Positions 35,368 through 49,140 of a stretch of DNA of 64,000 bases are shown here, in pieces. The notes beneath the pieces are model-generated. The model worked only from the letters and a program-made list of their open reading frames with translations. It was not told the DNA's origin and searched no databases. The stretch comes from Entomortierella parvispora E1425 (taxonomy: Eukaryota > Fungi > Mortierellomycota), in the NCBI GenBank assembly GCA_020891255.1, contig BQFW01000011.1, positions 496,001 through 560,000 on the forward strand. The letters are read 5' to 3'. Every line of letters begins with the position of its first letter. Within the stretch, counting starts at the first letter, position 1. The position numbers and the translations under genes were made by a program.

Positions 35368-37431
35368 TATGGTGAAGTGGAGTACAGGTGAAGAGTGAGG
35401 AGGTGAAAAACGGACGGCCGAGGGATGGGAGGAATGAGGTTTCAAGAAGGGAGAATGAGCAAATGAAGTGAGTGATTCAGGCGTGAATGAGAAAGAGAGA
35501 CCGAGCCAACGTCGTAAAAAAGGACAGAGGGGAAGAGGGCTGACAGTCGGACAGGGAAGGACAGGCTGAGAGAAGAGAAGCAGAGAAGGGAGAGAGAGGG
35601 AAGAGGGAACTCTTTAAGAACAACAAGAACAGGACGATGGTTCTTCCAGAGTTCCAGCGCCTGTGGAGGACAGCAGTAGCGGTCGGAGCGGCAGGGAGGG
35701 TGTGAGCAGACACAGAAACTTTGGAGGCAGACACAGCGGGTAGCAAACAAAAGTTACAAAACAAGCCTGCGGCAACCGTAACGTCGATTGCATTTGAACT
35801 CTCGGCCTCGCAGCGGTACATTGCAATGTTCTTTTCTTATCGTTAGCCCTGCGTCCCCTGTTTCGTTGTTATAGCAGTCTGAACTGACACAACAACACGG
35901 ATGTCCTGCTCTCTTGTTCTTCTGGAATCGGGTGGCCGTCGACAAGGCAGTGCAGTTGCGACGGAGGCTGAAGGGACTAGACCGCCGACTTTGGTGTCAT
36001 GGAACGTCAACTTAATTCCGGCCGTTGCAGTTCATTTTGGATGCATGTCACCAACGAGGAAAAGGGGTCGCCCGTTGGATTCAGGAAAAGATCATCAATG
36101 TGCCGCATTGTGCAGCAACATCTGCACGCCTGTCTCGCCCTGTCTCGCCTTTTGGTCTTTCCATCCCCCATCCTTCATTCTATGCTTATCTCTGGCTCCT
36201 TGCATCTCTGGCGCATGAGAAACCAGGCTGTGGAGGACGCTTTGTCAGATCCAATACAGAAATGGAAACAAGGACGGAAATTTACCCACCGTCTCAGAGC
36301 AATAATAATAGCAACATTCGTCGTGTGCGCTCTCGTGCAACATCACGCGAGGGACCAACAGGCGGGGATAGGATATTCGACCCTCTCTTCGTCTGCGCCC
36401 TCACCTCTTTTGAAACTATCTCGACGGTGGGAGCCAGGTTGGCAGTCGTTAGTCTATCTACTCGTGAACAGCGGTATTTTTTTATTTATTTCGTGGCTCG
36501 GCTCTCAACACCTGGACTGCACAGACTTGGTACTCCGCAGAGTGCACATGTTCACCCAAATGGGGAGTGGAGATAGTCCAGGTTCAGTCAGTGAACTATG
36601 GTTTTCATACACCTTGCCACTTCTCACAGAAGCATATGTTGGACACGCTCTAATCTCATCCCACTGTCCAAATCTCGCCAATTCCTAAGAGGTTATCTCA
36701 ATTGTGACCGCAAATGATCTCTGGTTCAGGGATGTCTGACTATTGGGATGGCTATTCAATGACAATGACTATTCAGATTCACGGTCAGGCTGTGACATTC
36801 ATCCTAGGGCAATAGATGCATTTCTAGGGCTAAAAACTTCGTTCCAAGTCATCTCCGCCATCTGACATCATGTTTTATACGTGTGCTACCTTGTCCCCTT
36901 GGTGTCTGGTACTACCAGAATGACAATCTTGAAGATTCTTGACAGTGCACCAACAACGGCAACAATAATGGTAAGAGTGATGATACACAATCAGCGCTGC
37001 AGGCCCAGTTCTCAGCAATGGGCGCTGCATGAATGGGCCTTTTGCTTGAGCCAAAGAAGATGGACGCACAGGACTCCAATTTGATTTCATGGGTGCTTGT
37101 GGTGTTGTGCAGCAAACCCAGTCCAGTTTGGTCGCCCCACACTGTTTTGGGTTGTTGACAATCAGTCATGCGATCAAGGCGCTTGTGAAGCGGTCGATGG
37201 CTAGCCGTGAGTGCTGACGTTGACCCAGCTGTTTTATTGCTGCTGTTGATGTCGATACCCATTGTTGATGAGGAAGACGAGGTATTTAAGACAAGGATTT
37301 TTGCATCACTCCGTTTTTTCTCTTTTTTCTTTTTCCCTTTCATCTTCATCCTTTCAACTCTCCAGTTCCCCTACCCACCACCTTCCCACGGAACCCCATT
37401 TCACTAAGCTCTTCCTTCTCCAAGTCCAACC

Positions 37432-38378
37432 ATGGGAAAAAAATCTGCCCCCGCTGCTGCCGTCAACCCCAAGCAGAACTGTGCCTGCGGACGACACGCT
37501 ATTGGCGATAAGGAGGCTTGCCGCTTGTAAGTTCTTTTGCCTTGGCATCTTGCTCAAGACTGTTGCCTTTCCTTTCCTCCCCTGTTCGTGTTCTTCTGCA
37601 GTACCTTCCCTTTCTTCGTTCTTGACCGTCAACTACCGTCTGTGGATGCCCTCGCGTGGACGTGGACGTGGACGTGGACGCCTGCATGGATATGAGACGT
37701 TTTTCCTTTTCACACGCGTTTGTTTCTTCAGGACCTGGCGCCAGGATGTGACGCGCGCAGAGACAGACAAGGATCCCAAGCCAAAGGAAGGGCGGACTGG
37801 GGGGGTGGGCGCGCTGTTCCTCGTTGTTTCTCGGTTGGACCCATGATACCTACGGGTCGCGTCTGTGAAGGCGTGAGTTTTTCAAACTCCCCTCCGACCC
37901 CTCGTGGGCCATGGCCATGGCAGGGCAGCCAACGAGCAGAGAAAGGGGTTTGGTCTCGTGTTCACCGCAAAGAGCCTGCCTGTTCTTTTTAGTGTGCATT
38001 AATTTCCCACACACTTGTTTCCTCCAAGGAAAACCTATTACCCCACATCCGTCGTCGTAAACTCCCACGCGATATCCCCCCGTGCTGACATCTGTTCTCT
38101 TTCTTCTTCATCATCTCTTCAATAGCTGCCCTAATGTGGTTTGTGACAGCTGTCGCGAGGAGTACTGCTGTGGGCCCATCTGTGAAAAGTGCGAAGCAGA
38201 CCGCAAGACCTTGATGCAGTGTGACAAGTGCGAGTCTCCCGTCTGCGAGAAGTGCATCGTCATCACCAAGGGTCTTCGTGAGGGTAATGTCTGCAAGACC
38301 TGCAAGAAGTCCCCACCTGCTGCTAGCGCCAGTGGCGAGGCTACCCTCGAAGCACAGGCTTCCGGCATCAAGGCGTAA
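37432..38378 (+). CDS. Small cysteine-rich protein (16 Cys, six CxxC); join(37432..37526,38126..38378), 115 aa
   Basis: Exon 1 MGKKSAPAAAVNPKQNCACGRHAIGDKEACR ends at a GTAAGT donor (phase 2). It joins a pyrimidine-rich TAG acceptor in frame to CPNVVCDSC...CKTC. Codons are mostly C/G-ending. Confidence 0.75.
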
Positions 38379-40237
38379 TGGATGATAAAAGCTCCTTTTT
38401 GGTCCCTCCACCTGTCCGTGGGAGTGGATGACTTGAGAATTGGCAGGGAGGATAAGACTGCGTATGGACAATCGTTGAGAATAGCAGAGTGCTTTTGGTT
38501 CTATCCCCCCCCCTTTTTCCTCCTGCCAACAAATATCCTTCAGAATAAAAAAAATCTTCGAAGCACAAAAAACTGGACCTTGGAGGATGACCCGTGACAT
38601 GGGCGCACGTGCCCTGGGCCAGAGGTCGCGCTCGCTTACCCTGTTTTCTTGTGCTCTGACATGAAGACCGCTGGGTTCCGTCTTTCTTTTCCTGTTTGTT
38701 GTTGTCGTGCATTATTGTAGACTATATCTAATAACAACATCAGAGCCATCCGATTCCCTAAAGCACACGAGAATGATTGGTTTATCCTTCTGGAAGGTGT
38801 TCCAATGTGTTCAATATTGCTGGTCCTGTACGACTGTGCAAAAAATGCTCTTGCCTGTTGACCGTTCCTTGTTTTGTTTTGTGTTTTTAAGCAGCAGCAG
38901 GGACGTTGGGGCAATGAGAGCCGCACCTTGGGATGGTATGAAGAAAGCATGCAAAAGGAACAACAGTCTACAAAGACAGACGGGGGCGAGGGGAGCAACG
39001 ATCAAAGAGAAAAAAAGAAAGGGTAAAAAAGGGAGCCAAGAATAGATTTTCAGGATTGGAGCTACTGGGACGCATGGGAAGAGGTACCTGAGACGACGTG
39101 TACCCGAAGAGTGAGGCTATCAATGGTTGCGGTCCGGGATCAGATCGCGCGATGTTCCAGGAGCAAGGTTTCGCGTCCAAGGGACGGGTTCCATCCAAGG
39201 TGGCAAGAGAGACGACGAGCGGCCTGAACAAACCGGGGCTAGGATGAGAGCAGCTCCCGTGAACTGAACTTGACAATCGCGCACAAAGAAAGAGGAATGA
39301 ATGTCCCATGCATATATATGCGCAAACATGGACTTTATTGATGAAGTAAGGTGCCCTGGACCTGCAAGGAGAGCAGCCCGAGCAGGGAGAAGGAGGGGGA
39401 CGAGCAAGGGATGGAGAAACTGTAAGCAAGCCCGACAGCACTTTGCCGCGAGGAAAGGGAAAGGGAGAAGAATGCCAACAACAAAGCAGCAACCATCGAC
39501 GGACGCTTTGGGCATGGTTCGAGGCCGCGGGCCGTTGTGCTTTGTCGCCAATTGCCCATCTTTGCCTTCCTTCTCTCTTCCATCCTTCCTTCGTTCTTTG
39601 CTCCTCCTCCTCCCTGGTCTGCTCGCTCTTCGCGACCGCTTGACCGACCTCCCCTCTCCCATCCACGCACCCTTCCCCGCACCCTGCTGCGAAGCGTCCT
39701 TTCTCCCCCTCTGATCCCATCTCTTTGCATTCCCCTCTCGTCTCATCTCATTTCTCCGCTTCTTCTTCTCTTCTTCATCTCCCTCCCCGGTAAATCCACC
39801 TTCCCCTGATTCATTCTAACGGAGAGGCAGCAAGGGTCATTCAGCAACGCGTTTCTGTTTGGTTGTGCGCTTTCGTCCTTTGTCCAAACTCGACTGCAAA
39901 AAGGATCATCGGTACATGAACATTGCAGCCTTTGTTCACTCTCCCTTTCATCCGCCTTTTCCCATTTTCCTTTGCTTGCATTCTAACTTCGATTCATTCC
40001 CATCATCAACGGTTCACCAGCCTTCGGCTCAACCTCGATCGCGAGGACGGCACATGTCTTTAGAAGTCGGAACCCAAGCTCAATCTCTCTAGCTCATTCC
40101 TGTCTGACTCTCTTGCCAAAGAACGAGAGCTAACAGTCATGCCGCAAACACGGATGTGTAAGCTACAGTCTCCCCTCCGATGAAAATTCTCGGGCCTTGC
40201 TCTAGCTGACGTGCCATCGACAGTGCTCTAACAGCTT

Positions 40238-43200
40238 ATGCCCGCCCCTGCTCTCGTTCATACTGTAGTCCTGGAGCAAGATCCACCGTCGCAAGCCATT
40301 CACGCCTCCGTAACTGGCTTCATTGTTCTGGTGAGTGCTCAGCGTGTATCTGCGAATCTACCAGAACCCATCAACGGTGTGCAAGACTATAAAAACTACA
40401 AAGACTACAAGATTTGTTCGATTCGCCTCGTTTTACGCGTCCAGTCCATCCGAACGAATATTTGCTTTTGAATCTTGCACAGCCAATCTCGTCATCTTCT
40501 AGTCTCCATCCACAGATCGAATCGCACAATACCACTCTCTAACGCCAATCTCACCCTTTTAGGTCTTCATCACGACGCGTGCCCTCTCGACACGTGGCTT
40601 TGCTGCCTTCAAACCTGGTCTCAACACACGGGCCATGGTGACTTGGCTCGCAATCGCGTCGTTGTCTCTGCTAGTTATATACAGTGTCATACTTGCTCTG
40701 GTCCTGTACAAAGAGTCCATGGCTGGCTACTACATGGCGCCAGAGCCCCACCTCAGGAGCCCAATGAACACCACGAATGCCTTCCCTATCACAATTACCT
40801 TCCAAGACATGACAACGAACCCTGCATGGAACCTGTCCGGCGTCACAACCCCTGAAAACTACGGCATGTTCTACATCCTGGGAATGAAAGCGGTCTCGCT
40901 TTACACTGCCACAGACAGGCACATCTACTATGTGCTGCGGTTGGTCCTCCGCTTTGCTCAATGCAGTTTAATATCCTGTCTACTCCTGCTGAACACATAC
41001 TGGTGTCATCACGTCGAAGCGCTCGTAGATGAGGGTCACTTCATGTCCAAGGGCGAGATGTATACCTATTGGACGCTTGCCGCGACTGTTCTTATCCTTC
41101 CACCAGGCATCTTTCTTGGCATAGGACTGGGCTTCGAAGACTGGCTAAAGGCCGGACGCGTATCGGACCTTTGCATGCTTCTTTTGGGCCTCTCTGTTCT
41201 CTTTGGATACGTCTTAACCTGCTCTCGACTTCGGGCTTTGCAGAGAGATTCCAAAAATGTAACTGGAGAAGACACATCGACTACGCTCCAACTAGCCTAC
41301 TATGTCCAATGTGTTTACTGGCTCCTCGGCAATATGCTTGCGATCCTGGTCCTGGGCATCTTGTACCAACTTACGCTGGTCAATTGTAAACTGCACCCAG
41401 TGCTAGGTCAAGCGATCAACGATCTCCAGGGTGCTCTCTGGAGCACATTGATTATCCTAGTATATCCGGCAGCCATGTTTTTGCTCTACCCATCCGTGGA
41501 CGTATTAACTCAGCCAGAAAACGACCCTAGCTCGAAATTCCAGAAACGAGTCCGTAAATCTGTAAAGGATGCTAGGCGGATACGAGAAAGTCTATACGTG
41601 GACGGTGAATCGGGTCACGGAATTACAGGAGGCGATGGCACTCGTCAAGGCACAAACAACCACTCGAGTCTGCACGGATTGACTAGTCAGCCTACTCTAT
41701 TTTCAGGAGTCGATAGTGGTCAACTGCAACAGCAGCAGCAGCAGGAGCAGCAACAGCAACAAAGTCAACAATATCAGCGCCACAAGAGAACGGACCATAT
41801 GGACTCCATTGCCGCAGTCGTGAGTGAAATTCAATTCACTAATGAAGACCGCGACCCTCAGGAAGACCATGGCTCAGGGTCGTCTTTTGAACCATCGGGC
41901 GACAAACAGCAAGATGTCGAGGTCCTGGGCGGTAGCAAAATCCAAGAGCAGAGCGCAGACCCTCAAAAAAAGATCTCTGGGATTGCAGCAGAGAAATCAA
42001 GGAGGGACTCTGGAAGTCCTAGCAACTATTATGACGATATCAGGGATGTCGAGGCCATGAAAAAGTTTCTAGCAGAGCACGATGGTGTTGATCGTGCAGG
42101 ACTCATTGCCGATCTGGAAAAGACCATATCCGTTTTATCACCAGACCATCGACCTCAGGATGGAACCGACCTCACTTGGATCCAAAATGAATCCCCATCC
42201 ACCACTACGTCCCACACCAGAGATAACGCGGCAAACATAACTCCCTCCAACACTTCCGGTTCCAAGAGATCCTCCCCCCCCAAGTCGCCGGCGACAATTC
42301 CACCTGTACCTCTAGCTGGAATATTAAAAACACGGAATAGCACAGGTAGTGCGCGGTCAAGTATTGGGCAGAATCTGTTTGATCGCCCCATGCTCGGCGG
42401 TCCAACGCCTGCGTATGGGGCTCGAACGAGCTCAATCCAAGGAGTTCATGGTGGTATTAGGAACAAAGCAAGTTATGATCAAATGTCCTCAGTGAGAAGA
42501 CGCGGCTCGTCAGGAGCGACTAAGACCAGTGCGATAGCCGCAACCACAGCAGCCTCTACGTCCCCCACTTCTCCTTCAAGTTTACTTTCCGAATCACCTT
42601 CTTTATCAGCGTCGACTCTGCAACAACGGCGGTCCAATGTGACGACGCGAGTCGATGCTGGAGCCCTTGCTATCGCAGCAGCTCAGCAGCAACATTCTCG
42701 AATAGAGGCGACAACCTCTCCAGCTTCCCCCGCGCCACGCACTTCAAGGGATGGTGCCATCGAGATGGATTACTTTGGACTCAGAAAGTTTTCGTTTGAA
42801 GAGAACAATAGGTCGAACCCCACTTCTCCGATGCTCCTGCCGTATGAGCCGCCATCACAGCCATCCGGTCATCAACTCCACCCTGAGGTGGTGTTATCTC
42901 CAACTATGACCGGCTTTCTGATGGCAGATCCATATCCCTCTGCAGGAACGCCTTACCTTGGTACTAGCGGCATCGGCAGTGATTCGGAACAGGAGGTTGC
43001 CTCGACATCACCTCTCACAGAAGACGACGACTCTCGAAGATCAGGGATTAATAGTACAGCTAGCAGCACCGTGACCACCAAGAGGTATAGAGCCCCTCCG
43101 CCTCCTATTCCTACTCAACTTTCCAATGCAGCGCCGCTCGACGATAGTTCGCAAGGAGTGGCTCCATTGACACCTACAACACCGCCGGGCGTCCGCCCTC

Positions 43201-45770
43201 GACGGTCTGTCGATGCTGTGGTGGACAGACAGTTGTTGGAAATAGCAAATCAAATGTATGAGGACGTCGTACCCAAGTACCTCTTCCTAAAAACAGGTAC
43301 AAATGTCAACACTCCGCAACTTACAGCAAATTCTTCAGAGCCTACCCCCACAACCAGCATACCAGGATCAACAGCTACAGTTCTCCCTCCAACATCTGGC
43401 CATACAATTCCAGCACCGCTCAGTAGCGACTCACCGGCCTCTACCGCCACGAGATCATCGTTCGCTCCCTCATCGCTCTCTGAGAATGCCTCTGTAGCCA
43501 CGTCATTGGCCACGTCCCCAACCCCACCGATCGCTTATGGGGGAGAAAGCAGCAGCGGCGGCAGCAGTAGCGCGGCCAACAGATTCGCAATGCAGCAGCA
43601 ACAAACCTTCTTCCCAAGTGCACAGCCCGAGCGGAACTATGGGTCCCCAACTCCTTCACCGCAGCAGCAAAATTTCAAGCCCGTCTCACCAGTATTTCAG
43701 CCTCAGGAGAGGGTCATGACACCTCCAGCACGGAATCCATATCGGATGCGGGAATCGTTCGAATCCCGGATTGCTCAATCAGGAGCGCCAACTCTGTTCA
43801 CTGGCCCAAGCTCATCGCAATCTCAGCAGCCGCAAGATGATCTACGCCAGCAACAACAACAACACGGATACGGTAGCAGGGTCAATTCACCTTCTCCTGC
43901 GTCAACTGTGTCTCCAACTATGACACCAGCCTCAACGTTGCCTCGGCCATTGACACCAGCGTGGTATGAGACCAAGACGAGCTTTGCTTCCACGAATGAT
44001 GTGCTGACACACTACAACGCAGTGATGAGAGCTGGAAGCTATCATAAGCAACAACAACAACAGCAACAAAAGCAACAACAGCAACAGCAGCATCAACAGC
44101 AACAACAGCAGCAACAGCAGCAACAGCAACAACAGCAATACTTTCCAGAACCACCCATTGGTCCTCTGGATGATGTTTCGTCCTTCCCCCCATCTCAATA
44201 TCGACTGCCACAACATCCTTTACAACTGCAACAAGAACAGCCGGCTCCTGAAAAATCGTCCAGCAAGCGCTCAACGCCTGACTCACTGAACGAGAGTATT
44301 GGGCAAGATGGCTCTCGACCTTCGTCACTGCAACCTCGAGTGGGCTCTACGGATAGTTTTGGGGTTGTTCGAAGGCGTCGCTCTTCAGTTGGACGGAAAG
44401 AAGATGCAGCGATGACGGCGATGATTTCATCTGGACTCACAGAGGATGGTTCAGAGTCTAGAGATCGTCAGATTCTCTCGCCACTTGAACAACATCAACA
44501 ACTGCTTCAGCGACAGGGGCAACCTTCACCAAAGGAGGCCTCTGGTCAAGTGGGCCGACATTCGTTCATGCTACAGCCAGCTACGCAGCATCAACCTCAA
44601 GGATCTGAAAGTATTAGCGTGTACAGCACTTGGACTGGAGAGCTATCAGATGTCACAACAACCTCAGGAGAAGTCTCTGTGGGTGCATTCGGGGATCGAA
44701 AAAAAGTCCTAGCTCAGCAAACCCCTCGGCGAAAATCTTCGGGCAACGGGGAGTCTTCCAATAGCCCCAGCGCTACAACTAATAAGCACAGTTCCGTGTC
44801 CTCTTCTACTGGCACGTTCTCTTCGGGTTCGGTTATTGTACCGAGTCGCTACAGGAGTGGAACCGTCGAAGGTGGACCCGCAATGGATGATGTCAGAAAA
44901 AGTCAGGCCAGTGGCTATTCTATGGGTTCGTCCTTTGGAGCCAATGGCAGTCATAGCGGCAGTAGCGGCAGTGGGTCTCGTCAATCTGCGGGTGCATACT
45001 CGACATATTCACTTTATTCGACCTCAACAGGATTCGGATCTGGACCAGTGGTTGTGTCAGCCTCTCTGTCTTCAGCTGGAATCCCGACAGTTGCGTCACC
45101 GGCATCAACAACGACTGCGATTACAGCACCCGAAACCCCTTCAGCACCTTTGGCTCAACCGACAACCAGAAGGCAGAGTAGGGGGGCCAAGAATCGGTCG
45201 AGCAGTGGTACTGAGTTAGCAGACGGCGACACTGGCTACAGTCAGGACCCCGACACTGAGGTTGAGAGAATTCACCGACGGTCTATGGAAAGGATGTCAA
45301 CATCTAAAGAGCACGCATTGTCATCGGGAATGTCACCGGCAGCTGATAGCTGTGCTGCATCGCTCACGGTACTAGGCCCTTCTCAATACAGGATCACTAC
45401 TACCGCAGCCTCCCCGCCACCGCTGACGACAAATCGCAGCACTGCCACTGTAGGCGCTGCATCTGGACCATCCTCATATCAGCAGCAGCAATACCCACGC
45501 TCACCGTTGCGGCAGTACCACCACCAAGTGCAGCAACAAACTCAGCTCTCGTCGTTATCCTCCGCCTCAAACAATAACAACAGTGACAGCAGCAGCAACA
45601 ACAATATCATTGACAATAGTAACGACGACGACAATATTGCAGCAAGTATCCGAAGCCAAAGTCCTTTCAAGAGAACGAGCAGTCGATTGACAAATTTGAC
45701 AAACGCGGATTCTGATTATCAATGGGAGAGCGCTGAGCTCGATAAACACCAGTGGGAGATGTTGCAGTAG
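40238..45770 (+). CDS. Orphan 7-transmembrane (GPCR-like) protein with a ~1400-aa disordered C-tail; join(40238..40330,40563..45770), 1766 aa
   Basis: The upstream exon (GTGAGT donor, TAG acceptor) extends the 1711-aa ORF in frame and adds a first helix. Seven hydrophobic segments precede a Ser/Pro/Gln-rich tail. Confidence 0.75.
44049..44138 (+). repeat. CAA/CAG trinucleotide tract encoding a 30-residue polyQ stretch (one K, one H)
   Basis: Read directly within the 7TM gene. Confidence 0.95.
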
Positions 45771-47000
45771 AGTCCAGTCTCCAAGGGTTCCATCAGTGGA
45801 ACTAGATCATACCCAAGTGTATACCCACCAAACGCCTTTCGTCATTCCATTTTCATCTATTCAACCTGTCCCCTCCTGTCACCTAATTTTTTTTTCAATT
45901 GTCGACATAGTCGTATCTTCATAGTCTCGTCTTTTCGGCATTGATCTCGCCCTAATTTCCCTCATGAACTACTTTACGCACGCTTCAATAATACTATGAG
46001 TTCTAAAATAGTTAAAAATGTAACATACTTCAGTGTTGCGACAATGAGAATACAAAACTATACTGCCAAATGGCAACCAGTAGAGTGGAAAGTGGAGGAG
46101 GGAAATCTAAATTGGAAGAGTAGTTGTCTGTACTCTACACCTCCAAGGTCGGCACCGATGTCAGTCAGGGCATATGCCGGATGAATGGTTGGTCCGAGTC
46201 CTCGTCATCATTAACTACCAGGTCAAAGAAAGGTTTGTCCCGGGAATGAACATCATAGAGGGTCAAGCATTTATTGGTAGGTAACATTCTTTGATACGCC
46301 GTTGTCGCCTTGTTGTTGAGATGGTACGTTGAGCGATCACTGCCGTCCCCAAAGTTTTCCTCCGCATTCAAAATCAAGAGTCGATTTTTTTTCATTCTCA
46401 AGCTCATGGTCTTTGTTGCCCTGTGCTGTCTTCCTGGGACCATGTGACCCAGCATTTGTCCCGATTCCGGATAAGGAACTGAGATTATCCTCATAAAGGT
46501 AAACATAAAGAAGACCTAGGAGAGCCTTCCCGGGGCTTTGGATCGGATCCGCGTCCGAGGCTTTCGAATATATAAAAAAATGTGTCTGCCAAGACTATTT
46601 TTTTTGGTACATGATCATGAGCCGATGCTAGGATGGTCAGCTTGGAGCAGGTACATCAATAGCGAGAACGAATTAAAACGAAGGACAACCACCAGCTTGG
46701 CCCTTGCTACTGACATTAGACGGGCATTCTTCCGTAGTACTTTGGGCTTGACCACAGACGACGTAGAATAATAGAGAGAATGGTCATCTTTGGCGGTGAC
46801 AACGTGTTTCAGTGTGGCTCAATCTTGGAGGAGTGATGAGTGCCAACCGCTGTTCGAGATTTGTTCTGATAGTTAGTATTGGCTCTATTCCTCTTTTTTT
46901 TTCACAAATATTTATGTTTATTGAACTGGATGATTTCCTATAATGACGACGCTGTTCTTGATCCCGTTTCCTCCCCAAGAAGTTGAAAATGAGATGTAGT

Positions 47001-49140
47001 TCAGGGCTTTGGATTGAAGTGGTTTGATCTCTTGGAGGGAGAATGGGATGATTTGGGGAATTCCTGATCAGGATCTTCAGGTGGATTGTCCATTGTCAGA
47101 TCGATCGAGTCCATAAAATTCTGTAAATCAGATTGATAAAGACGTTAGATTTGCCAGCAACAAATAATTGAATCTAATAGAGTTTCTTCATATCGGTGTA
47201 GCCACGGAGAGAACATATCGATTGTGGGACATCATTTTACCTGTAGCGAATTTAAGAGGCGCAAAACCGGGCCGACGTTGATCAGACTGCAGCGGTCGGA
47301 TGGAATATTGCACATTCCCAACAACGACCAAAAATAGATGCCAGAGTCCAGTGTCATGGTGTAGATAGACATGCGCTGTCCTGCAAGAGTCGAAGATCGT
47401 AGTCGCTTGAACATTTAGTAAAAAGCAACTGGTTAAATGCAAAAAGAAAGAAAAAGGATAATGAAGACAGCCTTTTACCATAGAATTGAGCAGCGGAACA
47501 TTTTCGCATTTGGCATCCCTTTCTTCCGGCGTCATCGATCGTGTCCTTGCAAAACATGGCAAGCTTGTGGTAGTCGCCAAGAAACTTTGCAGGTCGGAAC
47601 GGTGAGTCTGGTCGTTTGATTTCGATGTGGCAGAGAGTGAATGTGTTGTCCTTGTCTTTTACGGAGGCGTCCGGTTTTCGCCCTTTTCGGACACCTCGTC
47701 GCCTCACAGAGCCGCGTTCACTTTTGTTGGAAATCCAAGCCAATTTGTAGTTGCTTTCGGAAAACTGGTATTCCCAAAATATCTTGATCCACGAGTGAGA
47801 GAATGCGGTCTCATCTAATTCAAAGTACCCGAACAGGCCTTCAGGAGACGCTCTACACCTAACCAAGAGAGACATACCCAGGCTTAGAATTAAATATATT
47901 ATCAAGAGCGTGCTGCAAACTATCCTTACAGTTCGTGGAGAAATTCCTGCACCTTGTCCTCGGTGTTTTCGCCTTGGGCTGATGTTGACATCTTGAATGT
48001 TTCTGTTTTTGCAATCTGGCAATCAGCCTCGGAAATGATGTTGGTCGTATCTTTGTCGACATTAAGAATCTGAGCCTTGAACTGTACTCTGATTATACTA
48101 TATTCTGACCTCAGACCCTCAAGACCCCTAGGAGTTTTGTTCTGTGTGAGGTCGAAAATGTGATTTACGGCACTATGGCATGTCGATGTAAAGTAAAATA
48201 GTCAGCATAGCTGATTGCACATCAGAAAAAAAAAAAAAAAAAAAAAAAACGTCTGAATACTTACAGAAATTGAGCCACGTTGTCAATGCTCATTTTTTTC
48301 GAGACATCATTGACGAGGCTCACGCCTTCGATTTGATAACTGTAAAAAAGGTCTCGGACCTTGCCCTCGTTTTGAAACATGAAGGTGTTTTTCTTGATCG
48401 AGGCAGGGTCAATATAAGACGGCGTTGTGGCGTCTGGAGAAGAAGTTGAATCCAATGGAAGGATAGCATCAACAGCATCAACACCGGCATCGGCATCAAC
48501 ACCGGCATCGGCATCAACACCGACATCGGCATCGGCATCGGCATCGGCATCGGCATCGGCATCGGCATCGGCATCGGCATCGGCATCAGCATCGGCATCC
48601 ACATTGTCATCGTCATCGTCTTGAATTGTCTCTGTATTCTCGATGCTCCCGTCTTGAGTTGTCACTGTGTTCTCGATGCTCTCTCCAGCACTTTCGTTCT
48701 CGTCACCGGCTTGGATAAGCTGTGTGCTCTCGATAGTTTTGTTCTCGTTCTTGAGTTGGATGTCACCGCTCCTCTTCTTGTTGGAAGGACGTGGATGTTG
48801 GCCGGAGGCGCGCTTTACCGATGAATTCAGAGTCATTGGTAGGCGCTTTGACGAGCTTGATGAGGCTTGCTCTCCACCGATCGAGGAGTTTCCCGCAGTG
48901 TTCTAACAAGTACGCTAAAGATCAGCAACCTGCGTTGGCACACAGTAAACGATAGCGTCCCGCACTGTACGTTACTTTGATTCGTAAAGACGATCGGACG
49001 GTAGTTACACGCGGGGGAGGGTTGACTTGCGGTTGATTGCCAGTCGCAAACGGAGAAAGATTCTCTTTTTCGTGGTCATTGTTCTTGCCTGACTTTGGCA
49101 TTAATGTTTTCGAGGGTTTGGTCCTGGACGGCCTATGCAT
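47001..49140 (-). CDS. Hypothetical protein with a C-terminal PD-(D/E)xK (restriction-endonuclease-like) domain; exons 49140-48976, 48902-48265, 48127-47930, 47858-47479, 47380-47241, 47120-47001 (546 aa)
   Basis: Six in-frame GT-AG exons. Motif series [10 protein letters not shown] ... RKPD ... HIEIKRP ... [14 protein letters not shown] ... GQRMSIYTM. Acidic (DA)n N-terminal region. The exon 3 acceptor is uncertain. Confidence 0.65.
48487..48599 (-). repeat. (GATGCC)n hexamer array encoding (Asp-Ala)12-Asp, plus degenerate VDADAG units
   Basis: Read directly; the core array is 48525-48599. Confidence 0.95.

Noticed and set aside
35999-36688. 229-aa ORF with two hydrophobic stretches
   Set aside because: It overlaps another similar-length ORF in a different frame, has no motifs and starts poorly; unresolved without expression data.
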